From the NCBI GenBank assembly GCA_002441205.1, contig DJVN01000133.1, forward strand, positions 3,900-57,310: 53,411 nucleotides of DNA, written 5' to 3'. Both the position numbers and the translations under genes were made by a program. Of this stretch, positions 1-8,149 are shown in pieces. This stretch comes from Syntrophaceae bacterium UBA6255. Lineage in GTDB: Bacteria; Desulfobacterota; Syntrophia; Syntrophales; Smithellaceae. Under the pieces are notes generated by a model. That model did not search any database and was not told the origin of the DNA. It saw nothing but the letters and a program-made list of their open reading frames with translations. The number at the start of each line of letters is the position of its first letter. Within the stretch, counting starts at the first letter, position 1.

Positions 1-66
1 GAAGAAGTAAAAGCTGACGCAAAGGCAGCAAAAGAAGAAGTAAAAGATGACGCAAAAGCGGCAGAT
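1..66 (+). repeat. Two tandem 33-nt coding repeats (EEVKxDAKAAx)
   Basis: Positions 1-33 and 34-66 match at about 27 of 33 bases (gaagaagtaaaagCtgacgcaaaGgcAgca / gaagaagtaaaagAtgacgcaaaAgcGgca). Confidence 0.6.
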
Positions 67-168
67 GAAAAAGCTGCAAAAGCCAAAGCCAAAGCTAAAA
101 AGAAAGCTAAGAAGGCCGTAAAGAAAGCTGAAGAGAAGGTTGAAGAAGCAGCTCCTGCTGTAAAATAA
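1..168 (+). CDS. C-terminal fragment of a Lys/Ala/Glu-rich low-complexity protein (5' end outside the window)
   Basis: Frame 1 is open from base 1 to TAA at 166-168 (EEVKADAKAAKEEVKDDAKAADEKAAKAKAKAKKKAKKAVKKAEEKVEEAAPAVK*). A strong terminator follows. No family is recognisable. Confidence 0.5.
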   Translation, partial: EEVKADAKAAKEEVKDDAKAADEKAAKAKAKAKKKAKKAVKKAEEKVEEAAPAVK

Positions 169-196
169 GTTTGTAAAAACTTTATGTGGTTTCAAA

Positions 197-229
197 GAAG
201 GGACGGGTATAAAACCCGTCCCTTCTTTT
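197..229 (+). terminator. Rho-independent terminator
   Basis: Perfect 11-bp stem gaagggacggg (197-207) / cccgtcccttc (215-225) with a 7-nt loop, followed by TTTT at 226-229. Confidence 0.8.
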
Positions 230-274
230 CGTTTATGCTAGTTAAATATTTTTGTTTTTGATATATTTAATCAA

Positions 275-1825
275 ATGATCAAGAAAATATTAAAAAACAT
301 CATCACATTTAACGACAGGCTGACTGTGCGGGCAAGGTTGATGCTTATTATCGTTTCCGGCCTTGCTTTGACCATGGCTATCTGGGGGATTGTTCAGCTT
401 ACCGCTCTGGATAAGATACTGGTTGATCAGCAGGTGAAAAGGCTGGAAGATGTCGCGGAAACAGTCAGTACCTTTTATCAATATTTTCCGACAAAGCGTG
501 GTCTGCGAGCTCTTGATTCAGCCCTTAAAGATCATATACAGAGTGATGTGCGTCTGGCGAGAATAGATATTTTTGATACCCGACATAAGAATGTCGATTA
601 TGTGGCCGGAGCAAGCCGTGTCCAATACGAGTGGCCGGATAATATTGTCGCTTCCGCAGGAAGCGGAAATAAGCCGCTTTATAAAAAAATAGATACGGAA
701 AGCGGTCCTGCTCTTGGATTTCTTTATCCTCTTTCAGAAGACATAAAAGGTTCCAAAGTCGTCGTAGGTGCCATCGGTTTTTCAAGGTCAAACGCGGAAA
801 TCATGAACACGGCCCGGGTCCTGCTGATTTTCAGCAGTGCGGGATTACTGATTTTAATTCTTCTGGTGCTGGGATTGAGCTATCGCTGGATCATCGGCAA
901 ACCGCTGAATCTGATTATTCAAACCATTGATGAGTTTCAGAAGGGACGATATGTCAACCGGATTCCAATTGTTCATATTGATGAATGGGGACAGATCTCC
1001 AAACATTTTAATGAAATGGCTGATGAAATCCAGGACGTCATGAAAAGAAATCTGGAACTCAACAGGCATCTGGAAGACCGCGTTCGTGAAGAAACTCTCA
1101 AAGTTGTGCAACTGCAAAAACAGGTTGCTGATTTAAAGCAATTGACCACTCTGGGTCAACTGACAGCTAATCTGGCCCATGATTTGGGAACCCCTCTTCA
1201 TTCCATAGGAGGTCTGGCCAGACTGCTTCTGGAAAGAGGAGGATGGCCTCAGGATGTGGAGCATAAACTGAATTTGATTGTTCAGCAGACGCAACGGCTT
1301 GATAATGTCATTCAAAACGTGCGCAAGGCTACGCGACTTCCCGAACCTCGTTTTGAAGTCTTTACCGTTCAGCAAATTTTAAGCGAAACACTGCCTCTCG
1401 TGGAACCCTTCATCAGTAAGAATAAAGTCAGAATTAAAGTTGATATTATTGAAGGATCAGGATCGCTCTATGTGGATCGATACCGTATTCAAACCGCTCT
1501 GATGAATATCATCCAAAACGCGCTGGAAGCAATGCCTCATGGGGGAGAAATAACGATCGCTGCGAAAACTATGTTGCCCGATGCTTTGATGGCGATAACC
1601 GTCAATGATACGGGTCTTGGAATGTCGCCTGACGTCATTGAAAAAGTCTGTGAACCTTTTTTCAGTACAAGGCAAGATGAAGGTATGCGTGGCTTGGGGT
1701 TAGCCATTGTTCGCGACATCATTAAAACGCACGGCGGGAAAATGGAGATAAAAAGTTTTTCCGGGCAGGGAACTTCCATTATTCTTTATTTGCCGATATT
1801 TAAAGATGCTGACGAGATTTCGTAA
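275..1825 (+). CDS. Membrane sensor histidine kinase (two TM segments flanking a ~140-aa sensor domain, then HAMP, HisKA and HATPase_c)
   Basis: 516-aa ORF. H-box 'LAHDLGTPLHSI', N-box 'IIQNALEAM' and G-boxes 'NDTGLGM' and 'GLGLAIV' are present. Hydrophobic segments lie near residues 22-44 and 183-205. Confidence 0.85.
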   Translation: MIKKILKNIITFNDRLTVRARLMLIIVSGLALTMAIWGIVQLTALDKILVDQQVKRLEDVAETVSTFYQYFPTKRGLRALDSALKDHIQSDVRLARIDIFDTRHKNVDYVAGASRVQYEWPDNIVASAGSGNKPLYKKIDTESGPALGFLYPLSEDIKGSKVVVGAIGFSRSNAEIMNTARVLLIFSSAGLLILILLVLGLSYRWIIGKPLNLIIQTIDEFQKGRYVNRIPIVHIDEWGQISKHFNEMADEIQDVMKRNLELNRHLEDRVREETLKVVQLQKQVADLKQLTTLGQLTANLAHDLGTPLHSIGGLARLLLERGGWPQDVEHKLNLIVQQTQRLDNVIQNVRKATRLPEPRFEVFTVQQILSETLPLVEPFISKNKVRIKVDIIEGSGSLYVDRYRIQTALMNIIQNALEAMPHGGEITIAAKTMLPDALMAITVNDTGLGMSPDVIEKVCEPFFSTRQDEGMRGLGLAIVRDIIKTHGGKMEIKSFSGQGTSIILYLPIFKDADEIS

Positions 1826-1843
1826 TTGAAGGAACGCTCATCA

Positions 1844-3217
1844 TCACGTTTTAAAGGAAGACTTCCCGTTCAGACCAATTTTTTCTTCCTGCAGTCCGTA
1901 ACGGCGAATCTTCGTCCGTAAAGTTTTGCGGTCAATGTCCAAAAGTTGCGCCGCTTTGGATTGATTCCAGACCGTTTCCTTAAGCGTCTGTAAAATCTTT
2001 TCTTTTTCCACGGTTTCGAGAGGAGACATGCCGGGAGAGGTTGTGTCTTCCTTTGAATCTTCTTTTTGTGAAAAACGCTTCGGCAGATTTTCCGGCAGGA
2101 TAACCGCGAAAGGTGAAAGCAGCAACGTTTGCTGAAGCGTATTTTCCATTTCCCGTACATTGCCCGGCCAGTCATAAGCCATGAGCAATTCCATCGCCTC
2201 CATGGAAATACGAACGTTAGGATAGCCGAACTTTTTCAGCAGTGATTCGGTAAGCATGGGAATATCTTCTTTGTGTTCTCTCAGCGGCGGGATACGCAAA
2301 CGGACGATGAATCTGTACAGGAGATCCATACGAAATCGTCCCGTGTTTACTTCTTCATCGATATTTTTGTTGGCGGCCGCCACCATACGAACGGTTGTGT
2401 GACGCACCTCGTGACCGCCGATTCTTCTGACTTCTCCGTCCTGCATGAAACGCAGAAACTTGCCTTGCAGGGCTGTGGACATTTCCGTTATTTCATCCAG
2501 AAAGACCGTTCCTCCTTCAGCTGATTCCAGCAGCCCGATGTGCTGATGATTGGCGCCGGTGAAAGAACCTTTCTCGTACCCGAAAAGTTCCGATTCCAGC
2601 AAATTATCGGGAATGGCTCCGCAATGCACGACCACAAAAGGTTTGTCGCGCCGCGAGGACATATGATGCAGCGAACGGGCGGTCAATTCCTTGCCGGTTC
2701 CGCTTTCTCCTTCGATGAGAACGCTGGCCGGCACGTCGGCAATGCGGGCTATCTGTTTATAAAATTCCACCATGGCTGCCGACGAACCGATTAATTTTGT
2801 TTCTCCACCGGCTTCCGGTGAGTCGAGTTTCAGACGCCTTTCGCGAAGTTCCCTGACATCAAGTACTTTCTTGACTATCGCGCGACAAGCTTCAGGAGAG
2901 AAAGGCTTGCTGATGTAATCCCACGCTCCCAGGCTTAAGGCCTCCATCGTTGTTTCCAGAGAACCGTACGCCGTCATGAGAATGACAGGCAGATCAGGCC
3001 ATTTTTTATGAACCTTTTCCAGAAACTGCAGACCGTCCATTTCCGGCATGCGAATATCAGACATCAGCAAATCATACGATGAAAGATCCTGTTTAAGTGC
3101 TTCCAGAGCAGATGTGCAAGTCATCACATCATAGCCGTCAAGGCGAAGGGCTTCCTGCAAGAATTCGCAAGCAATGGCATCGTCATCGATTACAAGAATA
3201 CGTTTTTTCATAAACAA
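1844..3217 (-). CDS. Sigma54-dependent response regulator, NtrC family (REC + AAA+ + Fis-type HTH)
   Basis: 457-aa ORF. REC N-terminus 'ILVIDDD...SDIRMPEMDG', Walker A 'GESGTGKE', a GAFTGA-type loop 'GSFTGA', and C-terminal HTH 'NQSKAAQLLDIDRKTLRTKIRRYGL'. Confidence 0.9.
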   Translation of the reverse strand: MFMKKRILVIDDDAIACEFLQEALRLDGYDVMTCTSALEALKQDLSSYDLLMSDIRMPEMDGLQFLEKVHKKWPDLPVILMTAYGSLETTMEALSLGAWDYISKPFSPEACRAIVKKVLDVRELRERRLKLDSPEAGGETKLIGSSAAMVEFYKQIARIADVPASVLIEGESGTGKELTARSLHHMSSRRDKPFVVVHCGAIPDNLLESELFGYEKGSFTGANHQHIGLLESAEGGTVFLDEITEMSTALQGKFLRFMQDGEVRRIGGHEVRHTTVRMVAAANKNIDEEVNTGRFRMDLLYRFIVRLRIPPLREHKEDIPMLTESLLKKFGYPNVRISMEAMELLMAYDWPGNVREMENTLQQTLLLSPFAVILPENLPKRFSQKEDSKEDTTSPGMSPLETVEKEKILQTLKETVWNQSKAAQLLDIDRKTLRTKIRRYGLQEEKIGLNGKSSFKT

Positions 3218-3428
3218 CCTTTAATATAGATTCAACAAACTATCCGAACAGGAGTAATCATATAAAAACGAAGGAATGATATGATCCGCGCATAGTGTCT
3301 TTTATATTTTTTTCGCAAAGTAGCACAAATTAATTGCATAAATCCAGTTGTTAATTTGATCATTAGACAAGATGGGAGCATGCGGTTTGGCTTTTTAGAA
3401 TTTTAAAAATTGAAAATAACTTGTGTAT

Positions 3429-3464
3429 AAAAAAAGTGGCTTGCGTGCGAGACACGCAAGCCAC
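3429..3464 (-). terminator. Rho-independent terminator downstream of the ACAD pair
   Basis: Perfect 12-bp stem gtggcttgcgtg (3436-3447) / cacgcaagccac (3453-3464). The A7 run at 3429-3435 becomes a U-tract on the minus-strand transcript. It lies 29 nt after the stop codon at 3493. Confidence 0.8.
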
Positions 3465-3492
3465 AATGCAAAAAGAAATACTTTCCTATATC

Positions 3493-4692
3493 TTAAGCAA
3501 GCATATCTCTTCCGTAGTCAAGAATACGCCTTGCAATAACAATCATATTGATCTGCTGTGTGCCTTCATAGATATCATTGACCTTATTGTCTCTCATCCA
3601 TTTTTCCAGCAGATATTTTTGAGAGTATCCGATAGGTCCAAGCAACTCAACACATTTCTGACAAATCAGATTGCCGGCCTTTCCTCCTTTTGCCTTGGCC
3701 ATGGATGCCTCTAAATTGTTGGGTCGGCCATTATCAGCCATCCATGCGGCTTTTTGTGTTATAACGCGGATCATTTCCAGCTGAGCTTCCATCCAAAGCA
3801 TGTCCTTTTCAATGGCGCTAAGCTTAACCAGAGGTTTGTCGTAGCGTATTTCTATCCCTTCTTTAGCGAGAGCTTCTTTTGTGAATTCATAAGCAGCCCT
3901 TGCGCAACCGAGTGCCAGAGCGCCAACCAACGGCCGTGAGGCATCAAAAGTTGCCATAACACCCTTGAAGCCGCCTTCGGGTCTTATTTCCGGATCACCC
4001 AGTATATTGGTTTTTGGTATTCTGCAATCCTGAAGAATCAGTACTGCGGTGTCGGAAGCCCGGATGCCGCACTTATGTTCCAGTTTCCCTACTGTCAGGC
4101 CCGGTGTGCCTTTTTCGACGATAAAGGATTTGATGGCCGCTCTGCCCTTGCTTTTGTCCAGAGTTGCCCAGACAACAACGACTTCACAGCGGTCACCGTC
4201 TGTTACAAATATCTTTTCACCATTTAATATATACTCATCACCATCAAGAACGGCCGTCGTACTGACCGCGCTGGCGTCCGATCCGCAACCCGGTTCGGTA
4301 ATAGCCATGGCGGCATATTTCTGTCCGAATCGTTCATACTGTTCATCGGTAGCCACAGCACCGATGGCTGCGTTGCCCAAACCGGATCCGGGCAAGGCCA
4401 GCATTAAGCCGACATCTCCCCAGCCCAATTCTTCGGCGCCGACGGTAGCCATGACATTGGCGCCAATCTTGTCATCAGTGACTTTAATTTCCTTCTTTTC
4501 ACCACCCTTCTTTTTTCTGCCCGATCCCATTCCGCCTGCCTGCATGATGACGCGAAAAGGCTCCAGTTCCGTTGGTCTTTGATGTTCATGTTCGTCATAA
4601 TATCGTGCAATCGGTCTCATGATATCGTTGGCCATACCATGGATTAAATCTGCCACCTGTTTTTCCATATCAGATACTTTAAAGCTTATCAT
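3493..4692 (-). CDS. Acyl-CoA dehydrogenase family protein with canonical motifs and a Gly/Lys-rich N-domain insert
   Basis: 399-aa ORF with 'ITEPGCGSD' and the catalytic-base region 'IYEGTQQINMIVIARRIL'. A GGAGG RBS lies upstream. Confidence 0.85.
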   Translation of the reverse strand: MISFKVSDMEKQVADLIHGMANDIMRPIARYYDEHEHQRPTELEPFRVIMQAGGMGSGRKKKGGEKKEIKVTDDKIGANVMATVGAEELGWGDVGLMLALPGSGLGNAAIGAVATDEQYERFGQKYAAMAITEPGCGSDASAVSTTAVLDGDEYILNGEKIFVTDGDRCEVVVVWATLDKSKGRAAIKSFIVEKGTPGLTVGKLEHKCGIRASDTAVLILQDCRIPKTNILGDPEIRPEGGFKGVMATFDASRPLVGALALGCARAAYEFTKEALAKEGIEIRYDKPLVKLSAIEKDMLWMEAQLEMIRVITQKAAWMADNGRPNNLEASMAKAKGGKAGNLICQKCVELLGPIGYSQKYLLEKWMRDNKVNDIYEGTQQINMIVIARRILDYGRDMLA

Positions 4693-4714
4693 TTTGATCC
4701 TCCTTCATTTAGGC

Positions 4715-5821
4715 TTAGGCCATTGCCAGACCTTCTAACATTGAAAATGCCCTTGCATTTCTGAACCACAGTTCGATGTTATGTTCACGGATAAGGCCAT
4801 GACCTCCCAATATCGAAACTCCATAGTCAGCAATCTTAAACACCTGCTCAGCAGCATACGTCTTGGTGAGATAGGAAATCCTTAAAAGATCGTCCTTCAT
4901 GGCTTCTCCCTGATCAGCTGTCCAGGCCGCCTTCCATGTCATGGATCTTATGCCTTCGATTTCTATGGCTGCGTCGGCAAGCATGAACGCGATGGATTGA
5001 CGTGTAGCGATTGGATGTCCGAACGCCACGCGTTCTTTTGCGTATTTGATGGCGTAATCCAATACTGACTGTGAAACACCCACCATCGTGGCCGAAAGTC
5101 CAATACGGGAGAGACACAAAAGTCTTGTGTAATCAATTCCCTTATCCCCCCCGAGACAATTTTCTACAGGTACCTTGCAATCTTTAAAAGCGACGCTGTA
5201 AAGGGGAAGAGCGTTGATGCCCATATTCTTTTCTTTCTCTACCAGTGACACTCCCGCCGCATTTTTCTCGACGATAAAAGCGCCGGTGCCTTTGCCTGTC
5301 GAGGCAATTACCAGCATATATTCTGCAGTATCCGCCATCGGAACAAGACACTTTTCTCCGTTGATGACATAGTGACCCTTGTTCAGGACAGCTTTTGTCT
5401 TTACATCAAACGGGTCAAATGAAATGGAGTGTTCCATGATGGCCAGGGTTCCAACCTTGTATTTGTCGCCGCAAAAGGTTGGAAGATACTTCTGCTTTTG
5501 AGCATCCGTTCCCATTTCCAGAATGGGCAACACAAAAAGATTTGGCGCCATTGCCGCAAGAGACAATGAAAGATCGCCATAAGCAAGTGCCTCTGCCATG
5601 ATGACATTATTCAGGCAAGATCTGTTGAACCCATAGCCGCCATACGTCTCCGGTATGATATTGGCTGTAAGTCCCAAGCCCCATGTTTTTTGAAGAAATT
5701 CCGATGGAATAGAAAATTTTTCATCGCAATCCCTCGAAAGTGGCCTTAATTCATCAGCCGCGAAACTTTCCATGGATTCTTTAATCTGTCGTTGATCTTC
5801 ATCCAAACTAAACGTTGACAT
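4715..5821 (-). CDS. Diverged acyl-CoA dehydrogenase-like protein (possible partner subunit)
   Basis: 368-aa ORF with overall ACAD architecture ('PETYGGYGF', 'INGEK', 'GGHGLIREHNIELWFRNARAFSMLEG'). The TEPxxGSD motif is replaced by 'IMEHSISFDPFD', and the chain ends 5 aa after the Glu. An AGGAGG RBS is present. Confidence 0.75.
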   Translation of the reverse strand: MSTFSLDEDQRQIKESMESFAADELRPLSRDCDEKFSIPSEFLQKTWGLGLTANIIPETYGGYGFNRSCLNNVIMAEALAYGDLSLSLAAMAPNLFVLPILEMGTDAQKQKYLPTFCGDKYKVGTLAIMEHSISFDPFDVKTKAVLNKGHYVINGEKCLVPMADTAEYMLVIASTGKGTGAFIVEKNAAGVSLVEKEKNMGINALPLYSVAFKDCKVPVENCLGGDKGIDYTRLLCLSRIGLSATMVGVSQSVLDYAIKYAKERVAFGHPIATRQSIAFMLADAAIEIEGIRSMTWKAAWTADQGEAMKDDLLRISYLTKTYAAEQVFKIADYGVSILGGHGLIREHNIELWFRNARAFSMLEGLAMA

Positions 5822-6008
5822 TCCTACCTCCTTATTTAAGCTTTTTTAAATAACAATCTTTTTAAAAAACAATCTATATCAAAACCAGGAACTTTTTGAT
5901 GCCAAGGTATTTTGCAGCGGTAACGCTCCACGAAGATGATCACTCAGCCATCAGCAAGAAATCCACGCGCGCAAATGTCCGCCCATTCTAACTTTGCGAT
6001 AAAAATAT

Positions 6009-6022
6009 TTACCGATTGGTAA
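6009..6022. promoter_or_regulatory. Putative TetR operator, copy 1 (TTACCGATTGGTAA), in the ACAD promoter region
   Basis: Inverted repeat TTACC-N4-GGTAA. It is one of four related sites clustered around the TetR gene. Confidence 0.5.
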
Positions 6023-6196
6023 GTACTAAAAAAAATAATACATGTCAATCTCTTTTTAACACATGTGTTTTTTATGTTGCATATTGTCACATGTATAATA
6101 TATAATCACATTAACAATAACTTATATGATTGTAAGCTATTGTTGTTAAATGTGCTGAAATGATTGCATTGTAACCCGGGAAAGAAAGAAGATTTT

Positions 6197-6210
6197 TTAC
6201 CACATGGTTT
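6197..6210. promoter_or_regulatory. Putative TetR operator, copy 2 (TTACCACATGGTTT), directly upstream of the TetR start codon
   Basis: Left half-site is perfect and the right half-site is GGTtt. It ends 15 nt before the ATG at 6225 and sits next to a TATAAT hexamer at 6214-6219. Confidence 0.4.
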
Positions 6211-6224
6211 TACTATAATAAATT

Positions 6225-6899
6225 ATGGAAAAATTAAGGAAAACTGCAAAAAAGCGTTCTCCCGACAACGAAAAAAATGCCAGGGAAAGAATTTTAAAAG
6301 CTGCGCGGGAAGTGTTTTGTTTATATCCTTTTAAGACAGCAAGTACCCGCATGATAGCCCAAAAAGCCGGCGTAGAACATCCCATGATTCATTATTATTT
6401 CGGATCCAAGGAAGAGCTCTTTTACGCCATGGCTGAAATTATGTATAACGAAGTCGTTTCAGTTCAACAATCGTGGTTCAAAGAAATTAAGGCCTCTTCT
6501 TTGGAAGAGGGATTTTCAATCTTTATCGATCGCGTACTGGATTATGCTATGACCACCCCGGACGCGCTGCGAATATCCGCTTTAAATGCAATGAGTATAG
6601 GTAATATCAATGAAATACCCGGATACCGGTTCATGATTATGAATATGGCATCCATGAAGCGAGTTATGGAAGAAGGGCTGATGCTGAAAGGGTCGAATCG
6701 TGAAATAGAAATGTTCATCTACTGTTTTTATAATATCATGATATCGTTTATCGGAACACGATCTTTACAGGCCCAGGCATTGAACATGAATCCTTTGGAA
6801 GATCAATATCGCACATGGGTAAAAGATTGTTGCATGACACTTTTTTTCCCCTGGTTTAAGAAAATTTTATTTGGTCAGGATTTTCGCGAAGATCAATAG
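6225..6899 (+). CDS. TetR/AcrR family transcriptional regulator
   Basis: 224-aa ORF with the N-terminal TetR HTH 'RERILKAAREVFCLYPFKTASTRMIAQKAGVEHPMIHYYFGSKEELF'. Confidence 0.85.
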   Translation: MEKLRKTAKKRSPDNEKNARERILKAAREVFCLYPFKTASTRMIAQKAGVEHPMIHYYFGSKEELFYAMAEIMYNEVVSVQQSWFKEIKASSLEEGFSIFIDRVLDYAMTTPDALRISALNAMSIGNINEIPGYRFMIMNMASMKRVMEEGLMLKGSNREIEMFIYCFYNIMISFIGTRSLQAQALNMNPLEDQYRTWVKDCCMTLFFPWFKKILFGQDFREDQ

Positions 6900-7004
6900 G
6901 TAAAAAATAGAAACGTTCTGAACAGCCAAGGATATGATTCCAGATTTTCACCTGCGAACGTATTATCATTTTGTTTTTGACTCCAAGCTTTTCCTTTTTA
7001 ATAT

Positions 7005-7018
7005 TAACCTATTGGTAA
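7005..7018. promoter_or_regulatory. Putative TetR operator, copy 3 (TAACCTATTGGTAA)
   Basis: Matches TTACC-N4-GGTAA with one mismatch. It lies in the intergenic region upstream of the SCP2 gene. Confidence 0.4.
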
Positions 7019-7099
7019 AATAATTAAATAAAGAGGAATGATATGTCATTTATTATATATCATTATCAATAACAATATCTTATAAAAGTAAAATAATTG

Positions 7100-7139
7100 T
7101 TGACAAGAATATATATTTATATTATTTACCAATTGGTAA
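7100..7139 (+). promoter_or_regulatory. Sigma70-like promoter (TTGACA-N17-TATTTA) overlapped by a perfect 14-bp palindromic operator, TTACCAATTGGTAA (copy 4)
   Basis: TTGACA at 7100-7105, TATTTA at 7123-7128, and the perfect palindrome at 7126-7139. It is 46 nt upstream of the ATG at 7185, which has an AAAGGAGGG RBS. Confidence 0.55.
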
Positions 7140-7184
7140 GTCCGTGTGTGGGTGGACAAGTAAAATTTTTAAAGGAGGGTACTT

Positions 7185-7778
7185 ATGTGGAGTTCAATAT
7201 TACCGACAGCGCCGGAGGGAATCAGTGTTGATGATTTTTTTGTCAATTTTGTTCCGGAACAGTTCAATAAGATGAAGGATATTCTTAACGTCGTTGATCT
7301 TTCTTTTTTGGGGGAAAATGATTTCAAAATGCAGTTCAACGTCGAAGGAAAAGAGTATGGAGTTAAATTCAAAAATGGCAAGGATCTGGAAGTTATCAAT
7401 GGGCAGGTCGACAAGCCTGCTTTCTCTCTTTATGTTTCCGAAAAGGATTGGCGTGATGCCGTTACAGGAAAATTTAACAAGCTGGCTGATGATTTCACCG
7501 GTGATCCATCTTATTTTATCGATGCCAAACGTTACAGCGCTTTGCAGTCAACCAATGGCATGGTGAACATGAACCTCAAAAAGAAGGATGGTCGAACTCT
7601 TCCGCTCAAAGTTGTTTTCAACGGCGCGGAAACTCCTGCCGTAACAGTCAATCTTGATATGGTTGACGGACTGGCAATGTTAAACAGGGAAACCGACGGA
7701 ATGAAATTGTTCATGGAAGGAAAGCTCAAGTTCACAGGAGACATGACCCTGCTTATGAAATTACAAAATCTTATGTAG
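7185..7778 (+). CDS. SCP2 (sterol-carrier-protein-2-like) lipid-binding domain protein
   Basis: 197-aa ORF. The C-terminus 'MEGKLKFTGDMTLLMKLQNLM' is the typical SCP2 terminal signature. A strong RBS is present. Confidence 0.65.
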   Translation: MWSSILPTAPEGISVDDFFVNFVPEQFNKMKDILNVVDLSFLGENDFKMQFNVEGKEYGVKFKNGKDLEVINGQVDKPAFSLYVSEKDWRDAVTGKFNKLADDFTGDPSYFIDAKRYSALQSTNGMVNMNLKKKDGRTLPLKVVFNGAETPAVTVNLDMVDGLAMLNRETDGMKLFMEGKLKFTGDMTLLMKLQNLM

Positions 7779-7792
7779 ATTTGACGATTACC

Positions 7793-7833
7793 AGCCATTG
7801 CCGGAATTCTTTGATCGTTGTCCGGCAATGGCT
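7793..7833 (+). terminator. Strong hairpin downstream of the SCP2 gene (no U-tract)
   Basis: Perfect 13-bp stem agccattgccgga (7793-7805) / tccggcaatggct (7821-7833) with a 15-nt loop. It starts 15 nt after the stop codon. Confidence 0.4.
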
Positions 7834-7965
7834 TAAAGAACCTTTGTAGTCAAAAATACGCAGTATCCCATCTATTTCAATCGTTAAGACTCTCCACTTT
7901 AAATCTTGACAAATAAATCCTACTGTGATTTACGCAATACCCTATTACTTTTAGGGGTTTTGATT

Positions 7966-8103
7966 ATGAAGAAGACTTTGACCAATAAAACAAATACCAA
8001 AAGAAAGAAAACACATGGTTTTCTTGTTCGAATGTCATCGAAGGCTGGAAGGCAGGTTTTAAGCCGTCGCAGAGCCAAGGGAAGAAAACGTTTAGCAGTA
8101 TAA
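7966..8103 (+). CDS. rpmH: 50S ribosomal protein L34
   Basis: '[45 protein letters not shown]'. I chose the internal ATG at 7966, which has an AGGGG RBS, over the ORF-track start at 7906. Confidence 0.95.
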   Translation: MKKTLTNKTNTKRKKTHGFLVRMSSKAGRQVLSRRRAKGRKRLAV

Positions 8104-8149
8104 ATCCGGCACCTTAGCTGCCGTTTTAAGGGTGGTCAGGTCATTATGC

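Noticed and set aside
3321-3338. Sigma54-like element tAGCAC-N7-TTGCA upstream of the response-regulator gene region
   Set aside because: The GG dinucleotide is missing, the spacer is 7 nt instead of 5, and it is on the plus strand with no plus-strand gene downstream.
4049-4582. 177-aa plus-strand ORF inside the first ACAD gene
   Set aside because: It is antisense to the ACAD CDS and has a Pro/Ser-rich product. It is spurious.
6040-6100. Cluster of ACATGT-containing palindromes (including AACACATGTGTT near 6059-6070) in the ACAD/TetR intergenic region
   Set aside because: The cluster is real in the sequence, but the motifs are short, AT-rich and variable in context. I could not link them to a promoter or a regulator. 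The TTACC-N4-GGTAA sites are the better-supported operators.
7779-7965. Possible oriC or DnaA-box cluster next to rpmH, since the rpmH-rnpA-yidC-mnmE block often neighbours dnaA and oriC
   Set aside because: No dnaA or dnaN gene is present in the window. I saw no TTATCCACA-like boxes or AT-rich 13-mer array in this gap. The only TTATCCAC string I noticed lies inside the cyclase-like CDS near 49685.
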